From Podarcis gaigeae (taxonomy: Eukaryota): DNA of 64,000 bases. A model generated the notes under the pieces. The model saw only the letters and a program-made list of their open reading frames with translations, made no database searches and had not been told where the DNA came from. The stretch is taken from assembly GCA_964106915.2 (NCBI GenBank), contig OZ066921.1; one strand, 5' to 3'. A program made the translations under genes and the position numbers. Of this stretch, positions 16,261 through 27,732 are shown piece by piece; position 1 is the stretch's first letter, and each line of letters opens with the position of its first letter.

Positions 16261-19200
16261 CTGGGAGGCTGGCATGACAGCCCCTTCCCTCCTTTAGTCA
16301 AACTCCCAGGAGCCGGCCCGAAAATTGCCCTGCTTAAAGAGACAGAGGGCTGCCTGTGCCTTCTGGCAGGAGCTGATCCTCCTCTTGTGCTTGTCACAGG
16401 GAATCGGCACATCTAGAGCCCAGGTTTGCGTTTCTGATCCCGAATGTGCTAGTCAATGGAGTAATTCTGCAGAGGAGAGAATCAGCAATCCTAGGGCCAC
16501 CAATGAATTGCAAATGGAAAAGAACGTCAGGGAAGCCTCTGCACGATTGGTATTCTAAATTGAACTTGTTAAGGTGCCCTTTCTGATTACTGCCAGTCCC
16601 AGTAGGTGGGCAGAATAGGCACACAGGGCAGCGAGCTACGGTTCCGATTAGTGTTTTTGAAGCCTCCTGTTCAACCACTGACATTGCTCACCGGAGTGAC
16701 ATCTCAAGCACCTTTGTGGTCAGACACCGCAGAGTGAACAAAGGCTGCAACCAGCATCTCGCCCCGAAACATAGGTTGCTAGCTACATTTTTCAGGTGGG
16801 GAAACAGCCTAACTCATTTGCAAGTACAAAAGTGTCTAGTGGCAGGCACTGAGTGCTAAAAATGCATCTTTTGCAATCTACAAAAAAAAGTAGCACTTAA
16901 TTCTGGAGCAGCCGAGACATCTGTGCATCTTGTCTTTGTTTACTAACTTCTGGGATTTTGGAACTGTGCCTCCTGTTGAAATACCTGCTCTGTTTTCTTG
17001 CAGATGCCTGCCTTAGAATCCCACGTCATGACCTGGGACCTGCCTGAGTGAGAAACTTGCGGGGGAAGGCACCTCCTACCAAACACAGTGTGAGTGTTGC
17101 CTTTTGGATCATCCTCCATGCCTCCTCCACCCTTTTTCTCACTGCTGCTGCTTCTGCCAGGAGCGACTCAGTAACCAGCACTGCTGCATTTCTGGCATTC
17201 CATTCTAGATGCCACAGATGAGTGGAGGGTTTCGGAGGAAGAGAGACTAAAACAGACACCAACAATTAGGCAACTCCAGGGCTTGGCAGACAAAGGTGCT
17301 ACTGCCAGGCTGGAGGACGAAGACTTTTGTCCCTACTCTTTCCTCCAGAGAAAAGTTACATTTTAACAGCATTGGAAAAACAAATCATTGGCTTACATTG
17401 GAGAAAAGCACGTGGCCTCACTTTGTCCTTGTGGTTTTGTTATCTCTGGCAGCAGATAAAGCTGGGTAAGTGCATTTGATTTGATACATTTTTAAAGGGA
17501 CTGGCTCCTATTGAACTGATGGTGGCTGTTTAGCTTGCCGTCTACACGGTGAGTCAGAACAGCATCCTTTTTCTGGTTCCTCTCTACCGTTGGGATTACT
17601 CTAGGGCAGACTTCTGTAACTTGATGTGCTCCAGAGGTTTTGGACTTACTTACATCTGCCTCACCTATATTGTCTACTCCAGCAGAGCTGGTGCTGTGAG
17701 AGTTGTGACCCAAAATAGCTGGCGTGTATCAAGGTTTGGGAAGGCTGCTCTAGGGCTAGATGCTGAAGCTCAATTGAGAGAGAAATAAGCAAATAGGGTG
17801 TCTAGAATTTTCACATGTATATTTGAACCTCTAACTCTTATGTTCCATATTCTCTCCTGTTTCCTCTCTTAAGTATTGAAAATGTATCATATACAGCAAG
17901 GATGACAATCCGCTTATGTCACAATATGTCTGAAATTTTGGCAAAGAGGAATGTACAATTGGACCAGAAGAAAATATAGGATTACCCTTGAGCTGTGCAG
18001 TTACCTATATCTTTTTCCCTCCTAGTTCTGTGCAGGGCTTGAGCTAGAGTTCTCCAGAGCTTAGCACCAAAATCAAGTTTCAATGCCAGAACTCAGTCCT
18101 GAAACATGTGAAGCTGTAAAGGTTAGAATGCCTCTGAGAATACTCATTAGTGGCCTTTGGTCACTAATGAGTAAACACATTTTGTCTGTGGACATTTGGG
18201 ATTGGGGCAAAAGGCTTCAAGGTCAGAGACTACCTTTCAGGCAAGTTTAGGGATGGCGTGCTATGGTTGTGCATTTCTTCACTGCCCCCATTACGGACTC
18301 AGGAGAGATCTGTGGGATCACTTCTCTGTCTTTCATAGGGAAGCAGGGAGGAACAGAAGGCACTGCAAGTGTGTTCACTTTTTCTTAATTATTCACATTC
18401 TTTTTTCCCTCCTTAAGGAAACTGAGTAAGATGCGTAGGACCAACATGTGTCTGACTGGTATGTGTGGAAATAGTTGAGTGATCTGACATTGGGTTAGCT
18501 GTGTTTTCCTAATAGAAAGGTCAAAGATTGTCTGTACCTTTATGGCATTTTTTTTTTTTTTTTACTTTTTGACAATTATAGCATGCTTCAAGCAACTAAA
18601 CTAAAATAATACATAGCAAAGCATTAATTCCATTCCTACTGGCATTGGAAACAAGAATTTTTGGTCATACACCTTTATAGTAATGCTATCGTTTTTATCT
18701 GTATTTCTAGCTTGCATCACAAACTGTTTTTCATCCTCACAACAGCCCTGGGAAAGGGAATTGTTTAATAGGTAGAGTGTCCCCTTGTTATGTCCCTACA
18801 TGGCATGTTAGATGCCACCATATAATAGGATTGCCTACTTTAATTGATTTAATCAGTACAATTAATTGACTAAACTTTAACTGCAGATTGAAAATTGACT
18901 TCCTGTTAATCACTGGGAATAACAATGAGCAAATATTACTGAATTCACAGCAGTGAAAAGCCATTCAGCCATGGATGCCCCACAAACTTGTTCTCCCATC
19001 CCACCCTTTGTAATCTAATGGATTTTCCTTCCAGTTTGTATCCAAAGCTAGCAAAGAGGGACACTTATAGAGTGGCATCACAAAGGCTTATGTTCTTAGT
19101 AGCATTGAAGGCAACTGAAGATTGCAGTCAATGTCAAGGTGCCTTTAAACCTGAATATTTCATAATGCTGATAGTTCTTGACCTCTTTTAGTTCTCGAAA

Positions 19201-19917
19201 CCATTGTGATTCTTTTATGCAACTGTTGTGGGAAGTATCCCATTTCCCTCAGAGTTTGATGAAAATTAATAGTTTGCTTCTGTCAAGATCCCTCAAAGGC
19301 AGTTTCGAGGTTTTATTAATATAGATATACTTTTAATCAGGCCAGGTGATTAACAATCCTAATAAGTTGGCAGTTCTACCTGATAACATGGAGCATTGAT
19401 GGTAGTCACTGATGTCTGCACTAGTTTGTTCCAGCCTCCTATCGCAGTACCTTTCAGTGTTCTTTGAAAGCTGCAGATTGGTTTGTTGATTGTGATTCTT
19501 GGCCTCTGCACTAATTTAATTGATTAATGCTGGCATCTCTGCTGATATATGGTTGCAAAAAGCTGTGGTGATTATTTAGTGGGATGGCCTTTCTGCCATA
19601 TTCATGTGCTTCAATAAATAGTTTGTCAGGGTGTTTCTCTTTTAGCTTTCAGTGGCACATGCACACATTGTCTATCGTAAAAGTAGTAATTTGATTTCCA
19701 GTTTGGTTTCCCACCTATCCCATACAAGGGGAATCTTACTGGGTGGGGTCACTAATTCCTGGATTTCTCTGTGGAAAAATACAGAATATCAAACCTTCAT
19801 AATACAGAATAGCAGAACATTTATTTCTATTGCTTTTCCCTTTCAAGTTTGCCCTACAGATCTAGTAGTGTCCATAGTGTATAATATATCACTCTTCCCA
19901 GGACCAAGGAGGAATTA

Positions 19918-20402
19918 CCGTATTTTTTGCTCTATCAGACTCACTTTTTCCCTCCTAAAAAGTAAGGGGAAATGTGTGTGCGTCTTATGGAGCAAATGAA
20001 GGCTGCACAGCTATCACAGAAGCCAGAACAGCAAGAGGGATTGCTGCTTGCACTGCGCAGTGATTACTCTTGCTGTTCTGCAGGACCTGACATCTTTCCG
20101 CAGGGCCTGCAAGACAGAGCTGTTCCCCCAGGCCTTTGGTCAGGGCGCAGCCTGACTTCCTCCTCTGGCAATCTGCACAGAATTTTGCTTAACGGTTGCC
20201 ATCAATTTGATTTTAATTAATTTTTATAATGAAATGTTTTTAGAATGTTGGATTATTTGGTTGTTGTTAGCCGCCCTGAGCCCGGCTTCGGCTGGGGAGG
20301 GCGGGATAGAAGTAAAATTTATTATTTATTATTATTGTTTTCCTCCTCCAAAAACTAGGTGCGTCTTATTGTCTTGTGCATCTTATAGAGCGAAAAATAC
20401 GG
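19918..20402. mobile_element. Tc1/mariner (pogo/Tigger-like) non-autonomous element with a nested LINE-tail fragment (~20190-20335)
   Basis: TA-CCGTATTTTTTGCTCTAT...ATAGAGCGAAAAATACGG-TA; related copy at 23874-24331. Confidence 0.8.
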
Positions 20403-20859
20403 TATATCTGAGACTGATGTGCCTCTATGTCTCCTCTCATAAGAACATAAAGAGGAGCACTGTTGAATCAAGTCCAAACATTATTTACACCTCATTTTCC
20501 ATTGTGGCCAACCAGAACTCTAAGAGAAGCCAAGCAGGAGATGAATACGATAGCCGTCTCCCATTGTTGTTCCTTAAAGACTGATTTATAGAGGCCCTTC
20601 CTTCACTTTCCATGCCCCACGCAAACAGCCATATCAGTGTGTGTGCCTAAGACACAAACATTTTGTAAAAGTTCTATGATCTCCCAGAAATTCTCTCTCT
20701 CTCTTTGCTCCCCCGAAGAAGGATAGAAGTAATATTTGAGGCCTATCAATTCAGCAAACATGTATTTATTTTATACAATTATAGCTTCAATGACTTCTCT
20801 AAAGCAATGTGGGGCAATGTCATTTGGAAAAAACGCTGATAATTACCTATTAGCTGCAT

Positions 20860-21390
20860 TCCCCTGCATGAGTCTTAAACCAATGTAGGTTTGTTGTGCC
20901 TCAGAAGCATGAGCAGCATTTTCCTCTCAACAATGGAAAAGGTAGCTATAGATACCTTTAAAGCCTTTGATTATATAGAAAATAGGTTTCTCCTGTATCT
21001 AGCACCACAAATAACTAATACCATTAAGCCCACTTACCAACCCTCTACAGCTAAGGTTAGAATAAATGGCTATGAATTCAAATTCTTTAAAAAAATCTAG
21101 AGGTACACCTAATTAATCAGAACACCTAATTAATTTATGGTTATGGAAATTATGGTTATTATGCTGTTTGACCCATTAGCTGCAGCTCCCCACTTAAAAC
21201 AACTATTTGGAAACTATCAAAAAGTGGCAGGCTTGCAAATTATTTATAATAAAACTGCATTTTATAGCATTCCTCCACTTAAAATACACTATAATAAATC
21301 AGGGATTAAAAGTTCAAATTCACCTGAAACACCTTTGGTTTTAGAGGTCAATATACACTTAGTATACAACCCTTATAATGAAAATAAGGG
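20860..21390 (+). mobile_element. Degenerate L1/Tx1-like LINE reverse transcriptase relic
   Basis: Broken ORFs contain D-x-x-KAFD-YIE-x-x-FL, Y-x-x-STAKVRING and FGNYQKVAGLQIIYNKT, typical L1-clade RT segments. Confidence 0.65.
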
Positions 21391-23873
21391 TAGGGGGAGC
21401 TATGATGTGGGAGGTGGGGCAGGCCAGGTAAGGGGCACACTACACGGGCAGTTAGTGACTGTAAGAAAACTAAAATATTTTTAAAGGTAGAAAAAATTCA
21501 ACCTATCAGTTTTAGGGAAAACCCTGACTGCGAAAATCCCCCCCCCCCTCCCTTGACCCAACTGATTTGCTAATAATCAGGCTTCTTCTGGATGTAGTGG
21601 AGTCTACTCAGACTGCTTGTCTAAGGTCAGTGGTTGTTCTCATCCTGAGCCTAGGGGAATTAGTGCAAACACACAGTCCCTTGTCTTGGGCCCTGGTGCT
21701 GCTGGGATTAAGAGTACACCATATGTCTTGGTGAAAATGGACACGGCTGCCAAGATGAGCAAGCACTGGAAGTGAGGAGGCTGGTGTGTGAGGCCTTTCC
21801 ATTTCTGCTGTCTCTGGGTGCCAGCCAGCCAGAGTCTTACGAGCTTTCCAAATGATAGCTTCCTTCCTCTCAAGTGTTGGGACCATCCCATTCTCCTGCC
21901 TGCTGTGCTTTCTTTGGGGATCTGGCACAGGTGCCTGACTTACACAATCTTGGACTGGTTGGGCTTCTTTCCTTGCCAGTATTTCTTCTGACTCTTCGGT
22001 CTGCTGTTGGATGACTCCTGATTGCAGCAACCTGTCCTGTCAGCATTATTGAGATCAGACACAACAAAAAATAAAGTTCTTCAAAGAGATTTTCTTTTCT
22101 GTATCTAGTTTCGCATCTGATTTGCTGCAGCCTTTTGCTTTATTTATTCAGAACCCTGTAAACTTGCTTTGCTTCTAATTAAAATGCATCCTGATGCACA
22201 TAAAATGTTTACTGTGAATTAATGCTGAAATTCTTCAGTCTTCCCCAGGTGCTTGATGTGACATCTTTATAGAGTGATAACTTCATTTGCTGCTATTTTG
22301 GGCTGTGCTTTCAGTGAGCCTCATAGAAGCAGCTACTCTCACAGCCTTAGTAGTTGAGATAGATAGGTGGGGGCATGGAGTCAGGACAGCTGTTGAAGCT
22401 TGAGTGGGTGTGGCAAGCCAGGTGCTGAATTAAGCAGAGGATCAGGAGAGACAAAGATACAGGCTGGTTCTCTGTATAGTTTATGGTCATAGTGTTCTTC
22501 GCTGTCATGCATGCCTCAGTGACCTCCAGATTAGATTTTTGTGGTGCATTTTCTGTGGGACTGTGTGGCAGATAGCCTATAGACTTTGGTCTGCAGTGCA
22601 CCTTCTTGTTTATTAGCTGGTGTTAGGTGGTCCAAATGCAAACTACAGAGCCCAGTGCTCTCTGATTTACAAGCCCCAAGCCTAGTGTTAGTAAAGCTCC
22701 TTTCTGCAGGTATCTGCTGGGTGATTGAGTTCCTCATTGGAAACTAGGTTGCACAGCCAATCCAGCAGGCTTAATATCCAGTCCTGCTTTTTGCAGGGAT
22801 TAGCTGCGTGATCCAAGTTTCTCACAGGGAACTAGGTTATGTAGCCAATCTAGTAAACTTGAACTCACCACCTATCAGCTCATAGGTAGTGTAGTCAATC
22901 CTTCCTTTTTGTAGGGATTACCTGCACAATCAAGTTCCCCATGCAGTCAATCCAGCTGCATTTCTAAATGACTTCACATAGGACGTGAAACAAAGGTTCC
23001 TCAATCCTACTATAAAACTCAGAAAGTGAGGTAGACATTTGGGTTAAAATATGTGTTTGAAAAGGCAAGTTCCAGTTCATTTTATAACTTCTTATTTTAT
23101 ATATTCCTTCTACCCTTTCATTATATTTCACCAGATATGTCAATTTCACAATAAGCAACACTTTCCATATTTCATTTAACCATTCAGCAATGTATGTTCT
23201 TTCATATGCTAGTCCCTTTGATTCTTGCAGCTATTAAGTTAATTAGAAAGTTCTTGGAAATCTTTTATTACAGTGCATCTTATTACAATGACACCAGTTG
23301 AGATGATAAATGATAGAATGAATGACTTGGAATTTGTTCTTCCGCCTGGTGAAGTATTATAAAATAATATTGCTGTCTTACTGCTGTCTTTGGATTTTTT
23401 TAATCACCTTTTCTCATCTTAAAACATTTAATATATGAAGTGCCATGAAATCTTTGGGTGCAGGGCAGCATACAATTAATAATAATAATAAACCAACCAA
23501 ACAAAAATAATACTCAGAGGAGTCCAACTGAAATTGACCTTAGATAGTCATTAATTTTAATTCCTCTACTCTGAGTGGAACTTATATTGGATACAACCCA
23601 ATGCTAAGAATGAGCAGTATCTTCACTGCTGCTATTCTTGCTTTCCATGACATTTAAATATTCTTTCATATTTTATTAGCTTCTATTTTTTATTCACAAG
23701 CAAGTACTTTCACCTGTATAAATCTCCCAGTCTTATCACTAGATATTTATTTTCTTTTTTCTGTGGTGCTTGTATCATGTCTGACATTATGTTGCACACT
23801 TGACTCCTAATATTATTCCCCAGAAGATTTATTTTCATTCAGCTTATAACCAGGGCATTTTTCATAACATTTA

Positions 23874-24331
23874 CTGTATCTTTCTCTCTATAACACTCAC
23901 ATTTTTTCTCCTAAAAAGTAAGGGGAAATGTCTGTGCGTGTTATTGAGCGAATGTGTGGTCCCTGGAGCCGACTGGCCTGAGTGCAGGGGCAAAAATCAG
24001 ATCGCGTGCTGCAGAGAGGAGGCTGCTGCTTTCCTGCATTCTGCCTCAGGGTCTTATTGCCCACCCTCTTCTGTTTTCGGTTGCTTTGTTTACAAAGTTG
24101 TAAAAGCTGTTTTTGGTTGCTGTGGTTACAAAGTACAGATCCACATGGATTCTCAGGATTTTTGCATTAGCCTACCCCAAACTCACCGTCAAATCACATG
24201 TCTGTGGCCACAGCATGAAGCACCAAAATGATACATCCACTGTTTCATTCAGCATTTTTTTTCTTGTTTTCCTCCTCTAAAAACTATGTGCGTGTTATGG
24301 TCAGGTGCGTGTTATAGAGCGAAAAATACGG
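23874..24331. mobile_element. Tc1/mariner (pogo/Tigger-like) non-autonomous element
   Basis: TA-ctgtatctttctctctataac...gttatagagcgaaaaatacgg-TA; same termini as 19918-20402. Confidence 0.8.
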
Positions 24332-24608
24332 TAATTTTCTGTAAACTTGAGCCTTGCAGCTGAGTTCATGTGCATGTAGTGTCATCCACATATATTGTGA
24401 ATTTACAGTATTGTGACAGGGCCTTCTCAGTGGTGGCTTCCCATTTGTGGAATGCTCTCCCTGGTGAGGTGTGTTGTTGACTTTTAGGAAGAAGTTAAAT
24501 GAATTCTTGTTTCCCCATGCAACCCTGAAATTACTGGTAAAACTGTGTTTTCTAAATGTTCTTAGAAAAACATGTTCAACTGTTTTTTAAAATGCTTTTA
24601 TACTACTC

Positions 24609-24744
24609 CAGGCTTCCTCAGACTCTGCCCTCCAGATGTTTTTGGCCTACAGCTCCCATGATCCCTGGCTAGCAGGACCATTGGTCAGGGATGATGGGAA
24701 TTGTAGTCTCGAAACATCTGGAGGGCCGGGTTTGAGGAAGCCTG
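24609..24744. mobile_element. hAT-type MITE
   Basis: TIRs CAGGCTTCCTCA...TGAGGAAGCCTG; perfect 8-bp TSD TACTACTC (24601-08 and 24745-52). Confidence 0.85.
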
Positions 24745-26711
24745 TACTACTCTGTTTTGTTCTTAGGTTTGCTGCCTGGGGCTTCTTGAGGAGAAAGAGC
24801 AAGATATAAGTTGTATAAATAATAGAAAGGATATGTGTGAACTTTAGAATGGTTTCTGAAAATTTACAACACACTGTTTTTTCCTGTGACAGAAATTTGT
24901 ATTGTGCTTCTCCATGCATTATTCATGCATCCTCTTGTCTCTTGAAATCCGAGAACTTATTCCGTGGAGTTTCCTAAAGTTAGTGCCTACATTTGAAACT
25001 GGGCCTGGTGTGTCCTTGCTGGGTCAGTAGAGAGACAAAAGACTTGTTGAATCTCTTCTTCTCTTCAGCTCATGAGAGATGCCTGTGTCTTGGGTTTCAA
25101 TGGGAAACTTGCCATTCTTCCACTGACCTGGACTATTTTGAGCCGCAGGATTTGCAAACTTCAGAGAAATGTTGGCAGATTGCCAGAAAGAGGAGGGGCT
25201 TGCATGCCAGCTTCAGATACTAGAAAACATGGAAGGAGGTCGCTTTTTGACACTAACTATACTGTCTTTGGTGAGATTTAGTCAGATGGGCCTCTGAGAT
25301 ATATATGATTTTAAAAAATCTAGTGTGAAACAACAGGCAGGATTTGCTGTCTTCTGAGCAAAGAATCTTCTGAGGTTGCTGTTCTGCTACTGTATGGCCA
25401 TCTTCTGTGTGTGGAGCAGGTATATTTGGAAACCTGACCATGCAAGTGAGGATGACCTTGAAGGATTTCAAAGTCAGAGATGAAAGAACAAGACTACCTT
25501 GTCTTAAAAATGTATCAGGGTATTGTTTTTCCTCTACATGATCGCGCGCACCAGCTCTTGATGGAGCTTCCAGCAAGTATATACTTTACATTATTGTTTA
25601 AGAGGAAGTCCAGCCAAAGCATTCTCCCAAGGATTCAGTGGAAACATTTCTTGTAATTTTTTTCTGTGCCATTCTGAGTGATGCACTGTCCATTCAGGAA
25701 AGATACTATAAAACACATGGGAAAAGTCTGCACACACATACTCACACACCATCAATCATTGGTAGATTGGGAATGTAATAAGTGATATAAGTGGATTCTT
25801 GAACTGGTTTTTATTGTAGTGTAGTAGCCTGTAGATAGCAGTGGGAGAGGAATTGCACTGCCACAGTAGCTGAAGGAACTTGAGAGCTCTTCACTTCTGA
25901 CAGTAGCAACATCCTGGAACAGATGGCAGTGAGAGTGAACAGACAGCGGTGAACACAATGGCTGAAGTCATACTTCTCTTCATGTGGTGGAGGAATTTTC
26001 TCCTCATGGTCAATGTCATAATCATTCTACTTCAAAAAAAGACAGGTGAAATGGCACAATCTGATATCAGTGTGTAGCTGCCCACTTCATTGGCATGGGG
26101 GCTGGCAGGCAAGGGAATGTGCTTGTGAAGAGAAACAACATTTTGGGTAACTGGGCCTGTGTCTCTAGATTGCTGCATGCAGTTTGGCCCTTGGTTTATG
26201 GGAAGAGTTTGCAAGGAGCAGGAGTTGCAGTAGGAAAAGTGCAGAGGGAGGGGGAATAAAAATGTGGGAGCTGAAGTTGGGCATGTTTCGTGCAAGGGTG
26301 TTAAGCTGATTTTGCATCCATCCATCAAATTAGTCTAACGCAGTGCATAGAAAATTATCCTGTACACCCCCTTCACTGGGCTATGGTAGCAAAGGGAGTG
26401 ATAGGACCAACACATCTGGATTCCCCGTAATCCAATGGATAGTGGTGGTGGTTTTTAAAAGTGGTGAGAAGTTCAATATGACTTTATCAGAGTGAGTTTT
26501 TCCCATCTTTATAGACCATCTTTAAAGTGTTCAGCAACTGATCTGCTTGTTTGATGGGTTTCCAGATTGTAGAGGGCAAAGTAAAAGACAATTCGCCCTG
26601 GCAGTGCTTTCCTCAGTGCCCATCATGTACTTTTGCCCAGCTTCAGAGGCTGCTTCTATCAACCAAGACAGCCAATCTCAAAGTGCAATGCTCCCCATGT
26701 ATCTCCTGTGC

Positions 26712-26963
26712 GTGTGGTGTAGTGGTTAAGAGCAGTAGTCTTGTAATCTGGTGAACCAGGTTCGCGTCTCCGCTCCTCCACATGCATCTGCTGGGTGACC
26801 TTGGGCTAGTCACACTTCTTTGAAGTCTCTCAGCCCCACTCACCTCACAGAGTGTTTGTTGTGGGGGAGGAAGGGAAAGGAGAATGTTAGCCGCTTTGAG
26901 ACTCCTTCAGGTAGTGATAAAGCGGGATATCAAATCCAAACTCCTCTTCCTCTTCTTCTTCTT
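26712..26963 (+). mobile_element. tRNA-derived CORE-type SINE (Squam3-like)
   Basis: gtgtggtgtagtggttaagagc head, ggttcg B box, (CTT)n tail; matches 7395-7643. Confidence 0.85.
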
Positions 26964-27575
26964 GACACAAAAAACCCCGGAGAGGAAGTTGTAGCTATGC
27001 AGAAAAATGTGGGTTGCTCTTGTTAATAAGCAGGCACCTCCCTGGAAAGTTTTAGACTTCAAGGGGATGGGAGTGCATTTCACAATGTGCATGTGGCAGA
27101 ATTGGATGTGCCAAAGTTCTTTCTTTCGGTGCAAGCTGAGACAATAGTTCACGCCTGACGTTGTAGCTAGTGTTCTACTCTGAGTAGACCCATTAAAAAC
27201 AATTGATAACCAACATGGATTTCCATTAATTTTTATAGAAATAATTTAGCTGGGGGCAAGCCTTAATCCCCCCCCCCATTAAACAAATAACACTCCAGAC
27301 CTAAGCAAGGGCTGTCAACTATAGTGGCATAATAACTATGCTAACATAATATATTTTTTTACTGTGGATCTAATATAGAAAAAGCCAGCAACCATTGTCA
27401 TATTTGTTAGGCAGAGAAGACGTAAGATATCATCAACAACTTTAATTGATGACATTTCCCCAGGCACTTGAATCATGAATTATTTGCAAATAGTTCCGTA
27501 TTGGGTTGGGAGTGTCTTAGTGCTGTTGGTATTATTAGCATGCCTCCCATACAAGGGTTTCTATCTTCTCAGCAG

Positions 27576-27732
27576 GCTCTACAAGCCAAGGTGTGAAAGG
27601 CCACTTGCCAGGTGAAGACTGAGGGAAGTGTTGGCTCCATCGCCAAGCTGGGCACAAGACAGAGGCTGGCAGCTGTTGACAGCTGCTGCGACATCCTGGA
27701 GCAGGAAGCTGACGTCAACATGGATAACTCAG
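27576..27732 (+). pseudogene. Degenerate KIFC3 N-terminal exon with an in-frame TGA (now probably 5'UTR, or with a late ATG at 27720)
   Basis: cagcag| acceptor; frame ALQAKV*KATCQVKTEGS...ILEQEADVNMDNS; phase-1 donor G|gtacag is compatible with exon 34837; resembles the recalled fish/bird KIFC3 LQEKVCEFQARLRSEE exon. Confidence 0.5.

Noticed and set aside
15194-16412. Many overlapping 60-125 aa ORFs on both strands
   Set aside because: Expected from stop-codon depletion in a GC-rich CpG island; Ala/Arg/Pro/Gly-rich with no homology recognised.
21608-22030. 140-aa minus-strand ORF inside the KIFC3 5' intron
   Set aside because: Non-ATG start, no recognised domain and no convincing donor site; cannot be supported as a nested gene.
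25069-25240. Exon-like segment after a strong acceptor (ctcttcag)
   Set aside because: No clear donor and only vague coiled-coil-like words in shifting frames; not enough to call a KIFC3 relic exon.
26712-26790. tRNA-like sequence (A and B boxes); also at 30889-30965 and 734-760
   Set aside because: These are SINE heads continuing into SINE bodies, not tRNA genes.
27594-27596. In-frame TGA at a probable Cys position read as selenocysteine or readthrough
   Set aside because: KIFC3 is not a known selenoprotein, no SECIS was recognised in the 3'UTR, and the surrounding codons are also diverged, so decay is the simpler explanation.
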